A stretch of 38,161 nt of DNA from NCBI RefSeq assembly GCF_001194135.2, contig NC_068985.1, forward strand, positions 114,328,481-114,366,641, written 5' to 3'. The position numbers and the translations under genes are program-made. Below the pieces are notes generated by a model. That model had not been told where the DNA came from and searched no databases. It saw nothing but the letters and a program-made list of their open reading frames with translations. The DNA is from Octopus bimaculoides (lineage: Eukaryota). This document shows, piece by piece, positions 1 to 11,978 of this stretch (positions within the stretch are counted from its first letter, which is position 1; every line of letters begins with the position of its first letter).

Positions 1-323
1 ATATATATATGTATGTATATATACATGTGTGTGTGTATATGTATATATACATGTGTGTGTGTATATGTATATATATTTATATATATATATGTATATATAC
101 ATGTGTGTGTATATGTATATATAATTATGTATGTATATATATTTATGCATATATGTGTACACACATGTATTCATATACATATATACACACATACATATAC
201 ACATATATACACATTTACACACGTATATATATATACATATGCACACACATGTATATATACACATATACACACGTATATACACATATACACACATGCATAT
301 GCACTTTACACACACACACACAC
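1..323. repeat. Compound (TA)n/(TG)n/(CA)n microsatellite
   Basis: Read directly; explains the low-complexity ORFs 9..383, 13..348 and 131..403. Confidence 0.95.
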
Positions 324-324
324 A

Positions 325-500
325 ATTGTTCACAATTTTTCAAATTAACCATGCATCATCATGTAGCTTCAAGATTTCCATGATGTGGCTATTTTTAGAA
401 TGACATTGTTGGGTAGGTGTGAGAGGCTGGATCACGCCTGTTTGAACATAGGATAGAATATCTGGGCTGGATAAAGCCAGTTGAAATGCAAATGGTTTAA
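325..500 (-). mobile_element. piggyBac-like MITE, degenerate and partial (family 4)
   Basis: Reverse-complement similarity to 3580-3782 and 12097-12313 (TTTTTAGAATGACATTG, GGTAGGTGTGAGAGGCTGGATC); ends in AAATGCAAATGGTTTAA, a decayed AATGCTAAAGGGTTAA terminus. Confidence 0.6.
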
Positions 501-601
501 CAGAAAGCCGGGAAGACTTAGCAAGGAAAATGAAAAGAAACAGGAAGTATAAGCATATTATTATTATTATTATTATTATTATTATCATTATTATTTTAAG
601 T

Positions 602-766
602 TCACTACACTCTCTGAGTGGTTGGCGTTAGGAAGGGCATCCAGCTGTAGAAACTCTGCCAAATTAGATTGGAGCCTGGTGTTGCCATCCGGTTTCACCA
701 GTCCTCAGTCAAATCGTCCAACCCATGCTAGCATGGAAAGCAGACGTTAAATGATGATGATGATGA
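602..766 (+). mobile_element. 3' fragment of a (GAT)n-tailed non-LTR retroposon (RTE-like tail, family 3), young subfamily
   Basis: GAGTGGTTGGCGTTAGGAAGGGCATCCAGCTGTAGAAAC...CGTCCAACCCATGCTAGCATGGAAAGCAGACGTTAAATGATGATGATG. Near-identical reverse copies at 19545-19693 and 24098-24164. The RTE label is from recall of GAT-type tails. Confidence 0.75.
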
Positions 767-1280
767 TTATGATATAGCTTAATTTTCTCATATTCATGCC
801 AACCCCAAACACACACAGGCTAAACTAATCCATCATACTAAATAAAGTTATCAGGTACAAGACATAATATAAAGATATTTTATTATAATAACAGTAATAA
901 TAATAATCTTACACAAAAGGAAACTTGATTCTAACTAAATACACAAAATATTAAATAATAATGATAATAATATAGAAAGAAAAATGATTAGTGGAGGTAT
1001 ATCAGTGACATTAAAATATATATTCTCTCTTATCTCTTCTGTTCGCATGGTCCGCTTTTTTTCCTCTTCTTTTTTGCTTTTTATTTTCTCAGAGTTGAGG
1101 GAGGGGAAACTGGTTCAATTAGTTGGTTGGCAAAAAACTACTTCAGCTGATATCAGTGTGTATATGTGTGTGAATTTTTTTTTTTTCTTGCTTTTTCTGT
1201 GTTTTTTTTTTTTTCCTAAAGACTGAATGACTGACTATTGAATAACAACCGAAAGAGAATGAAGAGAAATAAATATGGCG

Positions 1281-1460
1281 GGTGTTTTCTTGTCATTTCA
1301 AGGTCAGGCAGGCAACTAAGTTAAAATATAACAAGTATCTAGAGAGAAATGATGTGGGAGGAATGNNNNNNNNNNGGTGTTTTCTTGTCATTTCAAGGTC
1401 AGGCAGGCAACTAAGTTAAAATATAACAAGTATCTAGAGAGAAATGATGTGGGAGGAATG
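1281..1460. other. Assembly artefact: exact 85-bp duplication across a 10-N gap
   Basis: 1281-1365 is identical to 1376-1460, separated by N at 1366-1375. Confidence 0.85.
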
Positions 1461-1513
1461 GGGTAGAAAGAGAACAAAATAAAGGATAAAAAGAATAGGG
1501 AGAACAACATATA

Positions 1514-1554
<41 letters not shown>

Positions 1555-1939
1555 GACATTTCTCTCAAATTTCATTATGTGGAAATAAGAGAGTCTAAGT
1601 GGAAAAAGACAGAGATCAGAAAGAACATGGAGGCTTTATTGTGACAGCAGCAGAAAAAAATGCAAAATATGTGTGCATGTGTGTGTGTGCGTGCATATGC
1701 ATACATGTGTGCATACAAATATCGGGTTAAATAACCCTATGGATCAAAGAGTTGAAATCTGGGATTTGGGACCCAAAGACACATATCCTATAAACCTGAT
1801 AAGGTATTCCACCTCTGATATAATGCTAGTCATGTCAATAGGAGATGTAGGTTCACATCCTACAAGCAGCCGTCAATTCCTTTTCAATCTAAAAGGCTTT
1901 ATTAGCCAAATATGTACAAGCACTCCATATTAATATAGG

Positions 1940-2394
1940 TGCGGGCATGGCTGTGTGGTAAGAAGCTTGCTTTTCCAGTCACATAGTTCCAGGTTCAGTC
2001 CTATTGCACGACACCATGGGCAAGTGTCTTCTACTATAGCATCAGGCTGACCAAAGCTTTGTGATTGGATTTGGTAGATGGAAACTGAAAGAAGACTCAT
2101 GTATGTGTATATGATGGACTCTCCCATCAAAGATGACGTATGCGCATTCAGCTTTGTGCCAAATAACTTGCACAAATGATTGGTTTATAGTGATCACTCT
2201 CTTCTTCAAATCGACGTTGTCTGAAGAGGTGCACAATGTACCATGTGTCAGGTATTGAGATGATCACAGAGCAATGCGAGATGAAATGTTTTGCTCAAGA
2301 ACACAATAAACAACCCTGTCTAGGAATAGAAATTAATCTAGCTATCATCAGTGCAACACCCTAACCACTAAGCCACATGCCCTCACGTATATGC

Positions 2395-2469
<75 letters not shown>

Positions 2470-2705
2470 TACACACACACACACATACATACGTATATGT
2501 ATGTGTTTGTTCCCCACCGTTCCTTGACAACTGATGTTGATGTATTTATATCCCTATAACTTAGTGGTTCAGCAAAAGAGACTGATAGAATAAATAACAG
2601 TATTACAAAAATAACCAAAAGTACTGGGGTTGATTCATTTGAATAAAATTTCTTCAAGACATTGCCCCAGTATGGCCAGTCTGAAACAAGTAAAAGATAA
2701 AAGAT
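1940..2705 (+). mobile_element. Family-1 CORE-like tRNA-SINE, old copy split by a nested insertion
   Basis: Head GGCTGTGTGGTAAGAAGCTTGC...GGTTCAGTCC...GGGCAAGTGTCTTCTACTATAGC at ~1948-2100; 3' half ending CTGAAACAAGTAAAAGATAAAAGAT at ~2490-2705. Confidence 0.8.
2112..2388 (-). mobile_element. Different tRNA-headed SINE (family 5) nested in family 1
   Basis: Reverse strand begins GTGAGGGCATGTGGCTTAGTGGTTAGGGTG (A-box-like) and later reads TTGTGTTCTTGAGCAAAACA (CORE/V-type motif); it sits in the central microsatellite of the host SINE. Confidence 0.6.
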
Positions 2706-3579
2706 GCCATTGTTAATATTTTATCTGCATTGAGCTTCACCATTCCAGAAAAGAACCATTTCATATTATCTTGAAGTTCATAAATAAATCCTTAAGACAA
2801 CAATATGTGCATTTGTGTGTGTGGCTGTTGTATATGTATACATGTTTATACATATATGTGCATTTACATGTACTGCTATGACGTGTTATAAATATGTGTG
2901 TATTCATACATTATAGACTAACATACAAATGAAATCTGAACAAATTAAATAAATCAAGTGAACACTCTCACCAAATATTGCAATTTCACCAACCCTATTA
3001 ACTGTTCATTAAATAGAAACTGCTATGTGATAAAAGGCATTATGTAAAGCTTACAGATATGTGACCTCTAAGCTTTTTACATTGGAATACAATTCTCACA
3101 CTCCTTTTGGTCACCCCATAGGTCAATTAGAATCTATCTAGCTAGCCATATCCTCAAACTAGTAAAGAAAAATTCATGCAATAGAGCACAGTACAACTGA
3201 CTACCAGTGGAATATCTCTACAGACCTAGATCCTGCTCCAGAAGCTAAAAACTGTGCAACTTGTGCACATAGGAGAGCTTAGAAATCTTACTGTTTTCCA
3301 CTATAGTCCTATGCTGACGAAAGCTTTATGAAATGATATGGTAAATAGAAAGAAGCCCACACACACCTTCATACAAGTGAAATCATTTGCTTCCTATCTG
3401 TGAAAATGTTTCCTGCTTGGAAATAGACGAGGGTTGGTGTCAACTGTAGAAAACGCTTCAACAAAATTTCATCAGACCCATGCATGGAAAAGTAGGTATT
3501 GGAATGATACAATGATGTTACGACCTATACTTTGATACTATGTGGACTGAGATCCCTATTGAAAGGCCAGTGATATTGA

Positions 3580-3782
3580 CCCTTAGCATTTAAACCAGCC
3601 ATATCCGGCCCAAATATTCAACTAGCTTTACACTCAAACTGGCCAGATGTCAACAATGACATACTAAAAATATACAATCACATCATCAAAATTTCAAAGC
3701 TATTAGATAATGCATGATTAATTCAAAAGAATGTTAAATAAATAAGCATTACTTTAGGCAGAATAATCTGAATGCTGAAGGG
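3580..3782 (+). mobile_element. piggyBac-like MITE (family 4)
   Basis: TTGA|CCCTTAGCATT ... AATGCTGAAGGG|TTAA: imperfect CCC-initiated TIRs with TTAA-type flanks, the piggyBac hallmark; four related copies in the window. Confidence 0.7.
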
Positions 3783-4033
3783 TTAAATTAAGTGTTAAAT
3801 ACTTATAGCATGGAAATTAGTAGCTTTAGTTCTCTAAAGCTACTGGATTTGCTGTTGATATCAGCAGGGTAGTGACAGCTTAATTCTCTGAGATTGGTTA
3901 AGTGATGTAGACACCTTTGACGAGAACTCAATGAGGTTTCAAAATTGATTAAGACTGTTCAATCATTTCTTTTTCAATCTATAGAGAAATAGTTAAATTT
4001 GCCATTTTTGTTTACCTACTACATGTTTACATA

Positions 4034-4091
<58 letters not shown>

Positions 4092-5047
4092 TTATGATAT
4101 ACATATATTATAAGGATTCAGAGACTGAGAAATATGAAGTCCAATGGATATCTTTATACTTTATCCAAGGTTTCTTTTTTCAACCAATATTCCACATGTT
4201 ATCATTTATAGGTTTATCTACTTCAAGTTCCACCATTAAAAATTACACATACACACACACATATATACACACACACACGCATACACACACACACACACAC
4301 ATAAATATCACCGTCATTATCATTTTAACAGCCAATTTAGAAGAATGTATATTCATATGTACATACATACACAATGTGAAATTCATACTCTGGAATGATT
4401 ATGGCAAAAACAAAATATGAAAAAGAAATCTTATTCATTTGATGTATTACTGTTATTTTTTTTGTTTTTGTTATTTACTTTTCCAGGAAAATTTTTTGTT
4501 TTTTTTATTTAAAGAAACTCCATTTAAACCATGCCTTATTTATTATTAGTGAGAGTAGGGTAGAGAAATATATTTCTAAATGGCATCGTTTATCAAACAA
4601 TTATGAAAGAGCTCACTTTAAAAAGATAAAAAGGAAAACAAAAATTTACTTATAATAATTCCCACCATCCTCCCCTATCCCACCCCCACCCCCAACGTTG
4701 CCATTTCTATTCCATTCAATTCATGTAGTGCCTCTCCAGTAATTTTAGATTCCCAAAGGCTAATGTTTTGGGATTAAATTCCAGCAAGGATATATCTCTC
4801 CAAGGATGTTGTTAGGGTATCTAAGTTTTAATGTATAATAATAATAATGAAAATAATTATAATAATAATAACAATAACAAAATTGCTCCTAGGATCTTCA
4901 TGAGGTCTTGCTTTTAATATCAGTTCCTTGTTTGTTTTATTCTTTGCTTTCAATATGTTACTGTTTTTTTTCTTTTTTTCTTTTTAAATAAACAAATAAA
5001 TAGAAATCTTGTCACAAAGTTTCAGCTGTGTCAGGGTTGAGTATAAA

Positions 5048-5305
5048 AGTGGTGGTGGTATTGGAGGTGGTGGCAGTATTGGAGAAGGTGGTGGTAGTTA
5101 TGATTATGGTGGTAGACACAGTGGTAGTGATGGCGGAGGCAGTGGACATGGTGGGAGAGGCATTGACAACAGCGGTGAAAGTAGAGGTGATGTTGATAAT
5201 GTTGGAGGCAGTTGTGTTGATGGTGTTGGAAGTGGTGGTGGTGTTAATGGTATTTGAGATGGTTGTGGTGGTGGTGGTGGAAGTCTAGGTGGTGGTTTGG
5301 GTGGA
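5048..5305. repeat. Degenerate (GGT)n trinucleotide tract
   Basis: GGT/GAT/GGC-rich; produces the Gly-, Val- and Pro-rich ORFs in three frames. Confidence 0.8.
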
Positions 5306-5539
5306 ATGGCAACAGAATGGTATGGGAAATATGAACAAAAAAATAAATAAAGGTATAAAGTAACAAGAATAGGAGGAGTAAAAGAAATATACAAAGAGAT
5401 GCAATGTGTTTGGGTATGATGCAACTTGGTGATAAAAACCTTCTCCATTACGAACAACACTTGTTCCTGGAATTAAAACATGCCCAAAACAAGAGAGAGT
5501 GAAAAATGGTAGTAATGGGGTGGGAATGAGGAGGACGGG

Positions 5540-5820
5540 GGAAGGATGGATAAAGAAGACTATGATGGAAGTGGATAGTGTATATATGAAAGAGAAACAG
5601 AGAGGGAGATAGGAACAGACAGGAGCAAAGAGAAAGATAGACAGAGAGGTAGAGAGAGAGAGAAGGGTAGAGAAATAATGGGGGGAAGGAATGAAAAGAG
5701 AGAGAAAGGGAAAGGTATGGTGATGAGATGAAGAGGAAAATGTACATGAAACAGAGGAGGTGGAGAAGAAAAAAAGGGGGAGGAGAGGGATAGACAGATG
5801 GGGGAGAGTATTTGAAGAAT
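5540..5820. repeat. Degenerate (GA)n polypurine tract
   Basis: Almost pure A/G on the + strand. Confidence 0.8.
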
Positions 5821-5924
5821 GGATAATTTATTCATAATAAAATTAAATGCATAATGTAATTCTATTTAATAATAACTTTGGTATTCATGTCATCACTATC
5901 ATCATTATAACTATCACTGCAGTA

Positions 5925-6108
5925 AGAATATTGGTTTCAAATGTTGGCACAAGGCCAGCGCTTTTAGGGGGAACAGGTAAGTCAACTACATCAACCCAAT
6001 GCTCAAATTGTACTTATTATTGTGTTTTTTTCAACCAAAAAAAGACATATTTCATGAGTCTAGTAAATATATTTATCCTTTTCAGGACTTATAACAAACT
6101 GTCTTAGA
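5925..6108 (-). mobile_element. Family-2 SINE, degenerate
   Basis: GTTGGCACAAGGCCAGC matches the reverse-complemented 3' end of the family-2 units at 13020-14150. Confidence 0.5.
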
Positions 6109-6194
6109 TTTTTTTTTTTAACAGTTTATTTTTGTAGACCAATGATAACCTCAAGGAACCTAACAGCTCCAGTGATTTAGGCTTATAACATATC

Positions 6195-6370
6195 ACTATT
6201 GTTTAACATCCACTTTTTCACAATGGGCAAGATAGAAAATTTCAAGGGAGATTTTCTACAGTTGGATGTCCTTTCTGTCACCAACCCTCAGTTGTTTCCA
6301 AATAAGGTAGTATTCTCAATGGCCAGATGTTTCCACAAAAGATTGGAAATCAAGGATACAAATTGCATGT
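6195..6370 (-). mobile_element. Family-3 retroposon tail, older subfamily
   Basis: GTTTAACATCCACTTTT...TTTTCTACAGTTGGATGTCCTTTCTGTCACCAACCCTC...AAGGTAGTATT...GGCCAGATG. Confidence 0.65.
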
Positions 6371-6439
6371 TGCTGATATACACTTACAACTAACACACAA
6401 AGTCAAAGCAAGGGAACACAAAACAAGGGAACACACACA

Positions 6440-6610
6440 CAGACATATATAGACTTCTTTCAGTTTCTGCCAACCAAGACCACTCACAATGCCTTGGTCA
6501 GCCTGGGGATGTAGTAGAAAACACTTGTCCAGCCCAAGGTGTCTTACAGTGGGACTGGACCCAAGACAATGTGGTTTGAAAGCAAAACTTCTTACCACAC
6601 ATCTGTGCAT
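6440..6610 (-). mobile_element. Family-1 SINE, 5' half
   Basis: CTTCTTTCAGTTTC...CCACTCACAATGCCTTGGTC...GTAGAAAACACTTG...CAGTGGGACTG...CTTCTTACCACAC. Confidence 0.75.
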
Positions 6611-6912
6611 GTATATATTCCTTCATCATCATTTCATGCAACACGAACATTAGAACATTACGGCTCCCTGCCATTCGACCACCCCCTAAAAAAGACCACT
6701 GCAGCAGACACCAATCTCACAGTCCAAAGAGTTTATTCACTCACTTTATGACGACAATAAAAACCCTTCTGGCTCCACCAAAATACAAACATACACATGC
6801 TTGAATTCATATACGCAAACATATCACTTTTTTTCGCTTTTTTTTTTTTTTTTTTACCAGTACTACTACTACTACTACTAGTAGTAGTAGTAATAATATA
6901 AGTTTGCTTATG

Positions 6913-7520
6913 GGATCTATTTTAAAACGGGGGCACCAGTATTTTCTCAACGAAACACTAACGAAACACTTTGAAACTTGGGACACTGGTAGAATGTGTC
7001 ATATAAAACATCTTTTACTCTTAGTCTTCTTAACAAAAAAACGTACATCGCAAGTTATTCCATGTTAAAGTTGTCGTATTTCTGTAATTTCAACCAATCA
7101 CTGACGTCTATTCAGCTCAATAGAGTTAATGCTGAGCGGTCATAAAAATGTTATTCCCTGTGACATATTTCATCCGATTTAATCGTAATTTATACGCATA
7201 TATTGTTTATATAATAAATTACGCTGTGCGTATCTATGTGTGTAACAATTTTAGAGTTCGGATTCTAGAGTTAGGGTTAGGGTTAGGGGATTAATACAAT
7301 ATACACCGTTACAGTGCTAACTGTTTTCAACTGAATAGACGTCAGTGATTAGTAGAAATTATCGAAATAAGACAATTTTTTACATGAAATAAATTCGAAT
7401 ACAAAAATTTTTTTCTGTTCTATAACACAAAATAGATAAGTATACGAAGTTTGAAAGTCTTTCGGTACCAAAAATACTACATAAAACATTAAACTGGTGC
7501 CCCCGTTTTAAACTAGATCC
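6913..7520. mobile_element. 608-bp non-autonomous DNA transposon (MITE), superfamily not assigned
   Basis: 28-bp TIRs GGATCTA(T/G)TTTAAAACGGGGGCACCAGT at 6913-6940 and 7493-7520 (27/28 identical); internal perfect 20-bp inverted repeat at 7096-7115/7331-7350; (TTAGGG)3 at 7271-7288; CpG-rich relative to its flanks. Confidence 0.85.
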
Positions 7521-8705
7521 TTGCAAGCTGGCAGAATCATTTGAGCATTATTTCATTCCGGGTTTTTACATTCTGAGTTCAAACCCTGCTGAAATCAACA
7601 TTGTCTTTCATTTCCTTGAGATCAATAAAATAAAGTACCAGAGCTATTGGCAATAAGTAAACTCTTATGCCAAAGATGCTGCTCTTGTGCCTCAATTAGA
7701 AACATTATTATTATTATTATTGAGGGTGGCATGCTGGGCAAACTGCTTAGCAGCATTTTGACAGTCTCATGTTTTGAGTTCAACTTTGCCTTCCATCATT
7801 ATTAGGGCAGCAACCTGGCAGAATTGTTAGCAAGTCACAAAATGGTTATTTGAGATTTCTTCTGATATTTTTTAAAATTCTGAGTTCAAACTCAGCCAGG
7901 GTTAGCTTTGCTTTTCATCCTTCTGGAAAAAATAAAAAGTACCAGTCTATATAATCAACTAACCCATTGCCCCTGAAATTGCTGGCTTCATGCTAAAATT
8001 TGAAACCATTATTATCAAGGTGGCAAGCTAGCATTATTATCAAAATGGCGAGCTGGCAGAATTGTTAGCATGCCAAGCAAGACATTAAGTGGTGTTTTGT
8101 CTGTCTTCATGTACTGAGTTCAAATACCACCGAGGTAGACTTGGCCTTTCGTCCTTTCAGGGTTGATAAAGTATGTACTAGTTGAACGCTGGGGTTGATG
8201 TAATGAACATACTCCTCCTCTGAAATTACTGGCCTTGTGCCAAAAATTGAAATCATTATTTTTATTATTTAAAAAGTGGCAACCTGGCAGAATTATTAGA
8301 ACATAGGACCAAATGCTTAGTGGCATTTATTCCAATTCCTTATGTTCTGAGTTCTAATCCTGTTGAGGTCTACTTCACCTTTCTTCTTTTCAGGGTTGAT
8401 AAAATACCAGTTGAGTGCAGGGGTCGATATAACTAACTAGTCCCTTTCACTAAATTTCAGGCTTTGTGCCTATCATAGATAGAATTAAGGAGATGAGCTG
8501 GCAGAATCATTAGCTCACCACATGAAATACTCAACAGTATTTCCACTGGTGCTACATTTTGAGTTAAAATTCTACTGAGGTCAACTTTGCTTTTCATCCT
8601 CCACGGTTGATAAAATAAGAATCAATCAAGCACTGAGGTCAATGTAATCAATTAACTATCTGCCTCAAAATTTCAGACCTTGTGCCTATATTAGAAAGAA
8701 TTATT
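7521..8705 (+). mobile_element. Head-to-tail array of ~6-7 family-2 tRNA-SINE copies
   Basis: Recurring (G/C)CTGGCAGAAT(T/C)(G/A)TTAG ... TGAGTTCAAA (B-box-like) ... CTTT(C/T)CATCCTT ... GATAAAATAAAGTACCAG ... GGCCTTGTGCC, units separated by (ATT)n. The central TTTCATCCTT...GATAAA...GTACCAG block resembles the Meta/MESC SINE domain as I recall it (unverified). Confidence 0.8.
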
Positions 8706-9084
8706 ATCATCATCATCATCATCATCAAGAACGGAATACAGTGTTACTTCAGCCGAAAAAGAAAAAAAAAAATTTATTCAAAATAATAAACTTCTAGAAT
8801 AGATTGGCTCAAAAATTATGAAATAAAAATCTTGCTTTTAATTATCTTCATCATTATCATCACAACCAGTAACATGAACTATCAAGTGTTTATATCAAAG
8901 TCTTCGAGAAGTAGCTGACTTTGGACTTTTTATTCTTTTTCCTTTAATTTTGGTTTTTTTGTTTTTCTTTCTTTTTACTTTTTCAATTATCTTTCAATTT
9001 AAATTTCACAGCCATTGTTCGATACAGTAAAGCAATAACAAGGTGACAATGATATCTTCAAAGACTAAATAATAAAACTAATAA

Positions 9085-9097
9085 GAATAATGATGAA

Positions 9098-9135
<38 letters not shown>

Positions 9136-9312
9136 TATATAATAATAAAGATTATGTAAAAAAAACAAAACAAACAGCAATCACAAAACAAGTAAAATTA
9201 TGATATAATAATATAAAATTTTATTAACATTTACTATTATTATCATTATTATTATTATCATTATTATTATTACAATTAATAATACAATTATTATTATTAT
9301 TTATTATTATTA
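9085..9312. repeat. (AAT)n/(ATT)n trinucleotide tracts
   Basis: Read directly. Confidence 0.85.
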
Positions 9313-9758
9313 TAGAAAATAAACACTTGTTCGAATCTTTTGTTGAAAATCATAAGAGTTCACTGATGAAAATATCAAATGATTTTTTTGGTATCATTTT
9401 ACCAAATTACATTGTTTTTAGGTGGTGGTGGTGGAGCAGTAAATTTTTATTTTGTTTGAAAGAGAAGCGAGAAAGATGAACCAAATTTTTCTGCGTAATA
9501 AATATTAAAAAAAAAAAAATGAGAACAGAAGGTGTGGTATATTTTTTATCACACATGATATGACATCATGGCATTCATTGCGTGTTAATATTTTTTTGAT
9601 TGTTTTTTTGTCAAAAGACCATCAAAACACAGGATGTTACGCAAGTGTTTTTGTTATGGCTACAGGGTGTTAACACAGTTGTTAAGTTATCCGTAACAAA
9701 ATAATTGTAATGATATAATTAAAATAAAAACAAAAACAAAAATAAAATTGGACACAAA

Positions 9759-10258
9759 CATGGCCGTATGGTTAAGAAGCTCATTTCAAATTTGAAACTG
9801 TGTGGTTTCAGGTTCAGTCCCACTGCACGGCATCTAGGATAAGTTTCTACTACTAAAGCTCTAGGCCAACGAATGCCATGAGAGTGAATTTGATTGATGG
9901 AAATCGTGTGGAAGCCCACAATGTATGTGTGTGTGTCTGTCATTGTGTTTGTTCTTCACCAACACTTGACAATCATCATCATCATTTAGTATCTGTTTTC
10001 CATGCTGGAATGGATTAGAAGGTTTGACTGGAACCAGTAAGCAACAGGGTTACACCAGGCTCCAGTCTGGTACAGTTGAACACAACTGGTGTTCATCTGT
10101 TTATGTCCCCTGTAACTAGTGATTCAGCAAATGAAACTGATAGAATAATAAGTAACAGACTTAAAGATATGTACTGGGTTGGTAAGTTCAACTAAACCCT
10201 TTTAAGTGGTTCCCAGCATGGCCACAGTTCAGTGATTGAAACAAGTAAAAGATGTATC
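9759..10258 (+). mobile_element. Family-1 SINE, old copy with a nested family-3 tail fragment (~9975-10080, minus)
   Basis: Head GGCCGTATGGTTAAGAAG...GGTTCAGTCCCACTGC; interrupted at CTTGACAA(T|CATCATCAT...); resumes CACAACTGGTG and ends GATTGAAACAAGTAAAAGAT. Confidence 0.7.
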
Positions 10259-10422
10259 CAACTGATATCCCCTCCCTCATCACTGTTGACTCTAAACACA
10301 GTTCCAGGTTCAGTCTCACCTCAAGGCACCTTGGGAAAGTGTCCTCGTTATTGGACACCAATTTACATATTAAACACATTCCTCAAAGCTGATACGTAAA
10401 CATTAATGACTTGTAGGTACAC

Positions 10423-10660
10423 TAGTAATAGTAGTAATAGTAGTAGTAGTAATATAAATTGCAAGCTGGCAGAATCATTTGAGCATTATTTCATTCTGGA
10501 TTTTTATACTCCGAGTTCAAACCCTGCTGAAATCAACATTGTCTTTCATTCCCCTGAGATCAATAAAATAAAGTACCAGAGCTATTGGTAATAAGTAAAC
10601 CCTTGTGCCTCAATTAGAAACATTATTATTATTATTATTGAAGGTGGCATGAGAGTGAAT
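10423..10660 (+). repeat. Local duplicate of the ~6880-6907 plus 7521-7733 segment, flanked by 21-bp direct repeats
   Basis: About 10 substitutions and one ~20-bp deletion versus 7521-7733 by eye; ATTAATGACTTGTAGGTACAC at 10402-10422 and 10661-10681. Confidence 0.85.
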
Positions 10661-10764
10661 ATTAATGACTTGTAGGTACACAGTATTTCGTTATGCAACC
10701 ACAATATGCTACAAAGTATATTAAACACTTTTATAAGTCACTACCATGTACTATTGTATATATG

Positions 10765-11010
10765 TGTGTGTATCTTTGCATTCTGTCCCCCAACCCCATC
10801 ACCACCACCACCACCACTGCTTGACAATCAGTGTCACCTTGTCTACATCTCTGCTACTTAGCAGTTCAACAAAAGAGAGTGATGGAGTAAACACCAAACA
10901 TCAAAAATATATAAAAATGAATACTGGGGCTGATTTGTGTAACTGAACACTTTAAGGCATGATGCCAGCATAGTCGCAGTCGAATGAAAGAAACAAGTAA
11001 AAGATAAAAT
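10765..11010 (+). mobile_element. Family-1 SINE, 3' half
   Basis: CACTGCTTGACAATC...CTTAGCAGTTCAACAAAAGAGA...TACTGGGGCTGATTTG...GAAACAAGTAAAAGATAAAAT. Confidence 0.65.
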
Positions 11011-11419
11011 GAATAAATGAATGAATAAATAAATAAATAAATAAACAGATGAGGGACAAAAATCTAGTACAACCTTCACATCACACAATCACCCCCTTCA
11101 GAATTGAAACCCAAAACTAGGTACCAGCCAAAACATACCACTTAAGTATTAAAATTTGATACTTAAATAAGTAGCAGAATGAGAAGAAACCGATTGTCCC
11201 TGTATGTGTGTCTGTGTTTATAAGTGTGCATACAAACAAAGAAAGTTCAGAGAGTGGGAAACAGAGATAAAGAATAGCGCCTGCTGGTTCCTTAGACTGA
11301 AGTACAGACACAAAGGTTCTATTCTAGTACCGAAACTTTGTAGCCTCATGGCAAGAGTTTGCACATACTTCATATAGCTACTTAACATAAGTCAGCTAGA
11401 TGAAATGTTAAGTGTATGA

Positions 11420-11553
11420 TAATGATCATCATCATTATAACACCTACTTTTCCTAGTTTGTAGGGGTTGGGATGAAGTTTTATTGAGGCAGAATTTTTTA
11501 CAGCCAGATGCACTTCCTGCCACCTACCCTCCACTTGGTAATTTTTCACCAAG
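11420..11553 (-). mobile_element. Family-3 retroposon tail, old
   Basis: ATCATCATCATT...TTTTTACAGCCAGATGCACTTCCTGCCACC...GGTAATTTTTC. Confidence 0.55.
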
Positions 11554-11978
11554 CATAGCTGTGTGGAAAGAAGTTTGCGCCCTAACCACATGGTTCTGGG
11601 TTCAGTCCCAGCCCTGGGCCAACAGAAGCCTTGGGAGCAAATTTGGTAGATGGAAACTGAAATAAGCCCATCATATATATATATATATGTATGTATCTAC
11701 ATGTTTGTGTACCTTTGTGCTTGTATTTGGCCCCACTACTGCTTGACAACTTGTGAGTAGATTTAGTAGACAGAAACTGAAAAAAGCCCATCATATATAT
11801 ATGTGTGTGTGTGTTAGTCCCCACCATTACCACTTTAATGATATTAGTATGTTTGCATCCCTATTAATTAGCAGTTCAGAAAAAGAGACCGATAAGTTCT
11901 GGGGTTGATTGTTCAACTAAAACCCTTCAAGGTGGTGCTCCAGCATGGCCCCAGTCAAATGACAAACTAGTAAAAGAG
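11554..11978 (+). mobile_element. Family-1 SINE with internal tandem duplication of its middle segment
   Basis: TTT(G/A)GTAGA..GAAACTGAAA.AAGCCCATCATATATAT occurs twice (~11641 and ~11761); ends AGTAAAAGAG. Confidence 0.75.

Noticed and set aside
9-403. ORFs rich in Y/I/C/V/H/T at the window start, and similar ones at ~2350-2650, 4037, 15700-16370, 19550-20240, 22120-22400, 23130-23620, 29820-30100, 32370-32850 and 36670-36970
   Set aside because: Translations of (TA)n, (CA)n or (TG)n microsatellites, or of N-gaps.
1281-1460. Perfect 85-bp tandem duplication; a smaller one lies at 23260-23315
   Set aside because: The copies abut a 10-N gap, the pattern of unmerged overlapping contig ends.
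1940-2030. tRNA genes
   Set aside because: A/B-box-like motifs belong to SINE heads; no cloverleaf could be built.
3310-3345. CTGACGA...GAAA hammerhead-like motif; also CTGATGA at ~9363 and a decayed TGAG...GAAAC near 23835-23860
   Set aside because: The first lies in a decayed family-1 SINE; the others lack the second core motif or any helices.
5009-5460. Gly-rich 82-aa ORF resembling a structural protein, with overlapping Val- and Pro-rich ORFs
   Set aside because: Three open frames over one degenerate (GGT)n tract, no ATG start for the Gly-rich frame and no convincing splice context; low complexity explains it.
9012-9042. Possible + strand 31-nt micro-exon (xIVRYSKAITx) after a long pyrimidine tract
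   Set aside because: Weak donor (GTGACA), peptide too short to assign, and no partner exons.
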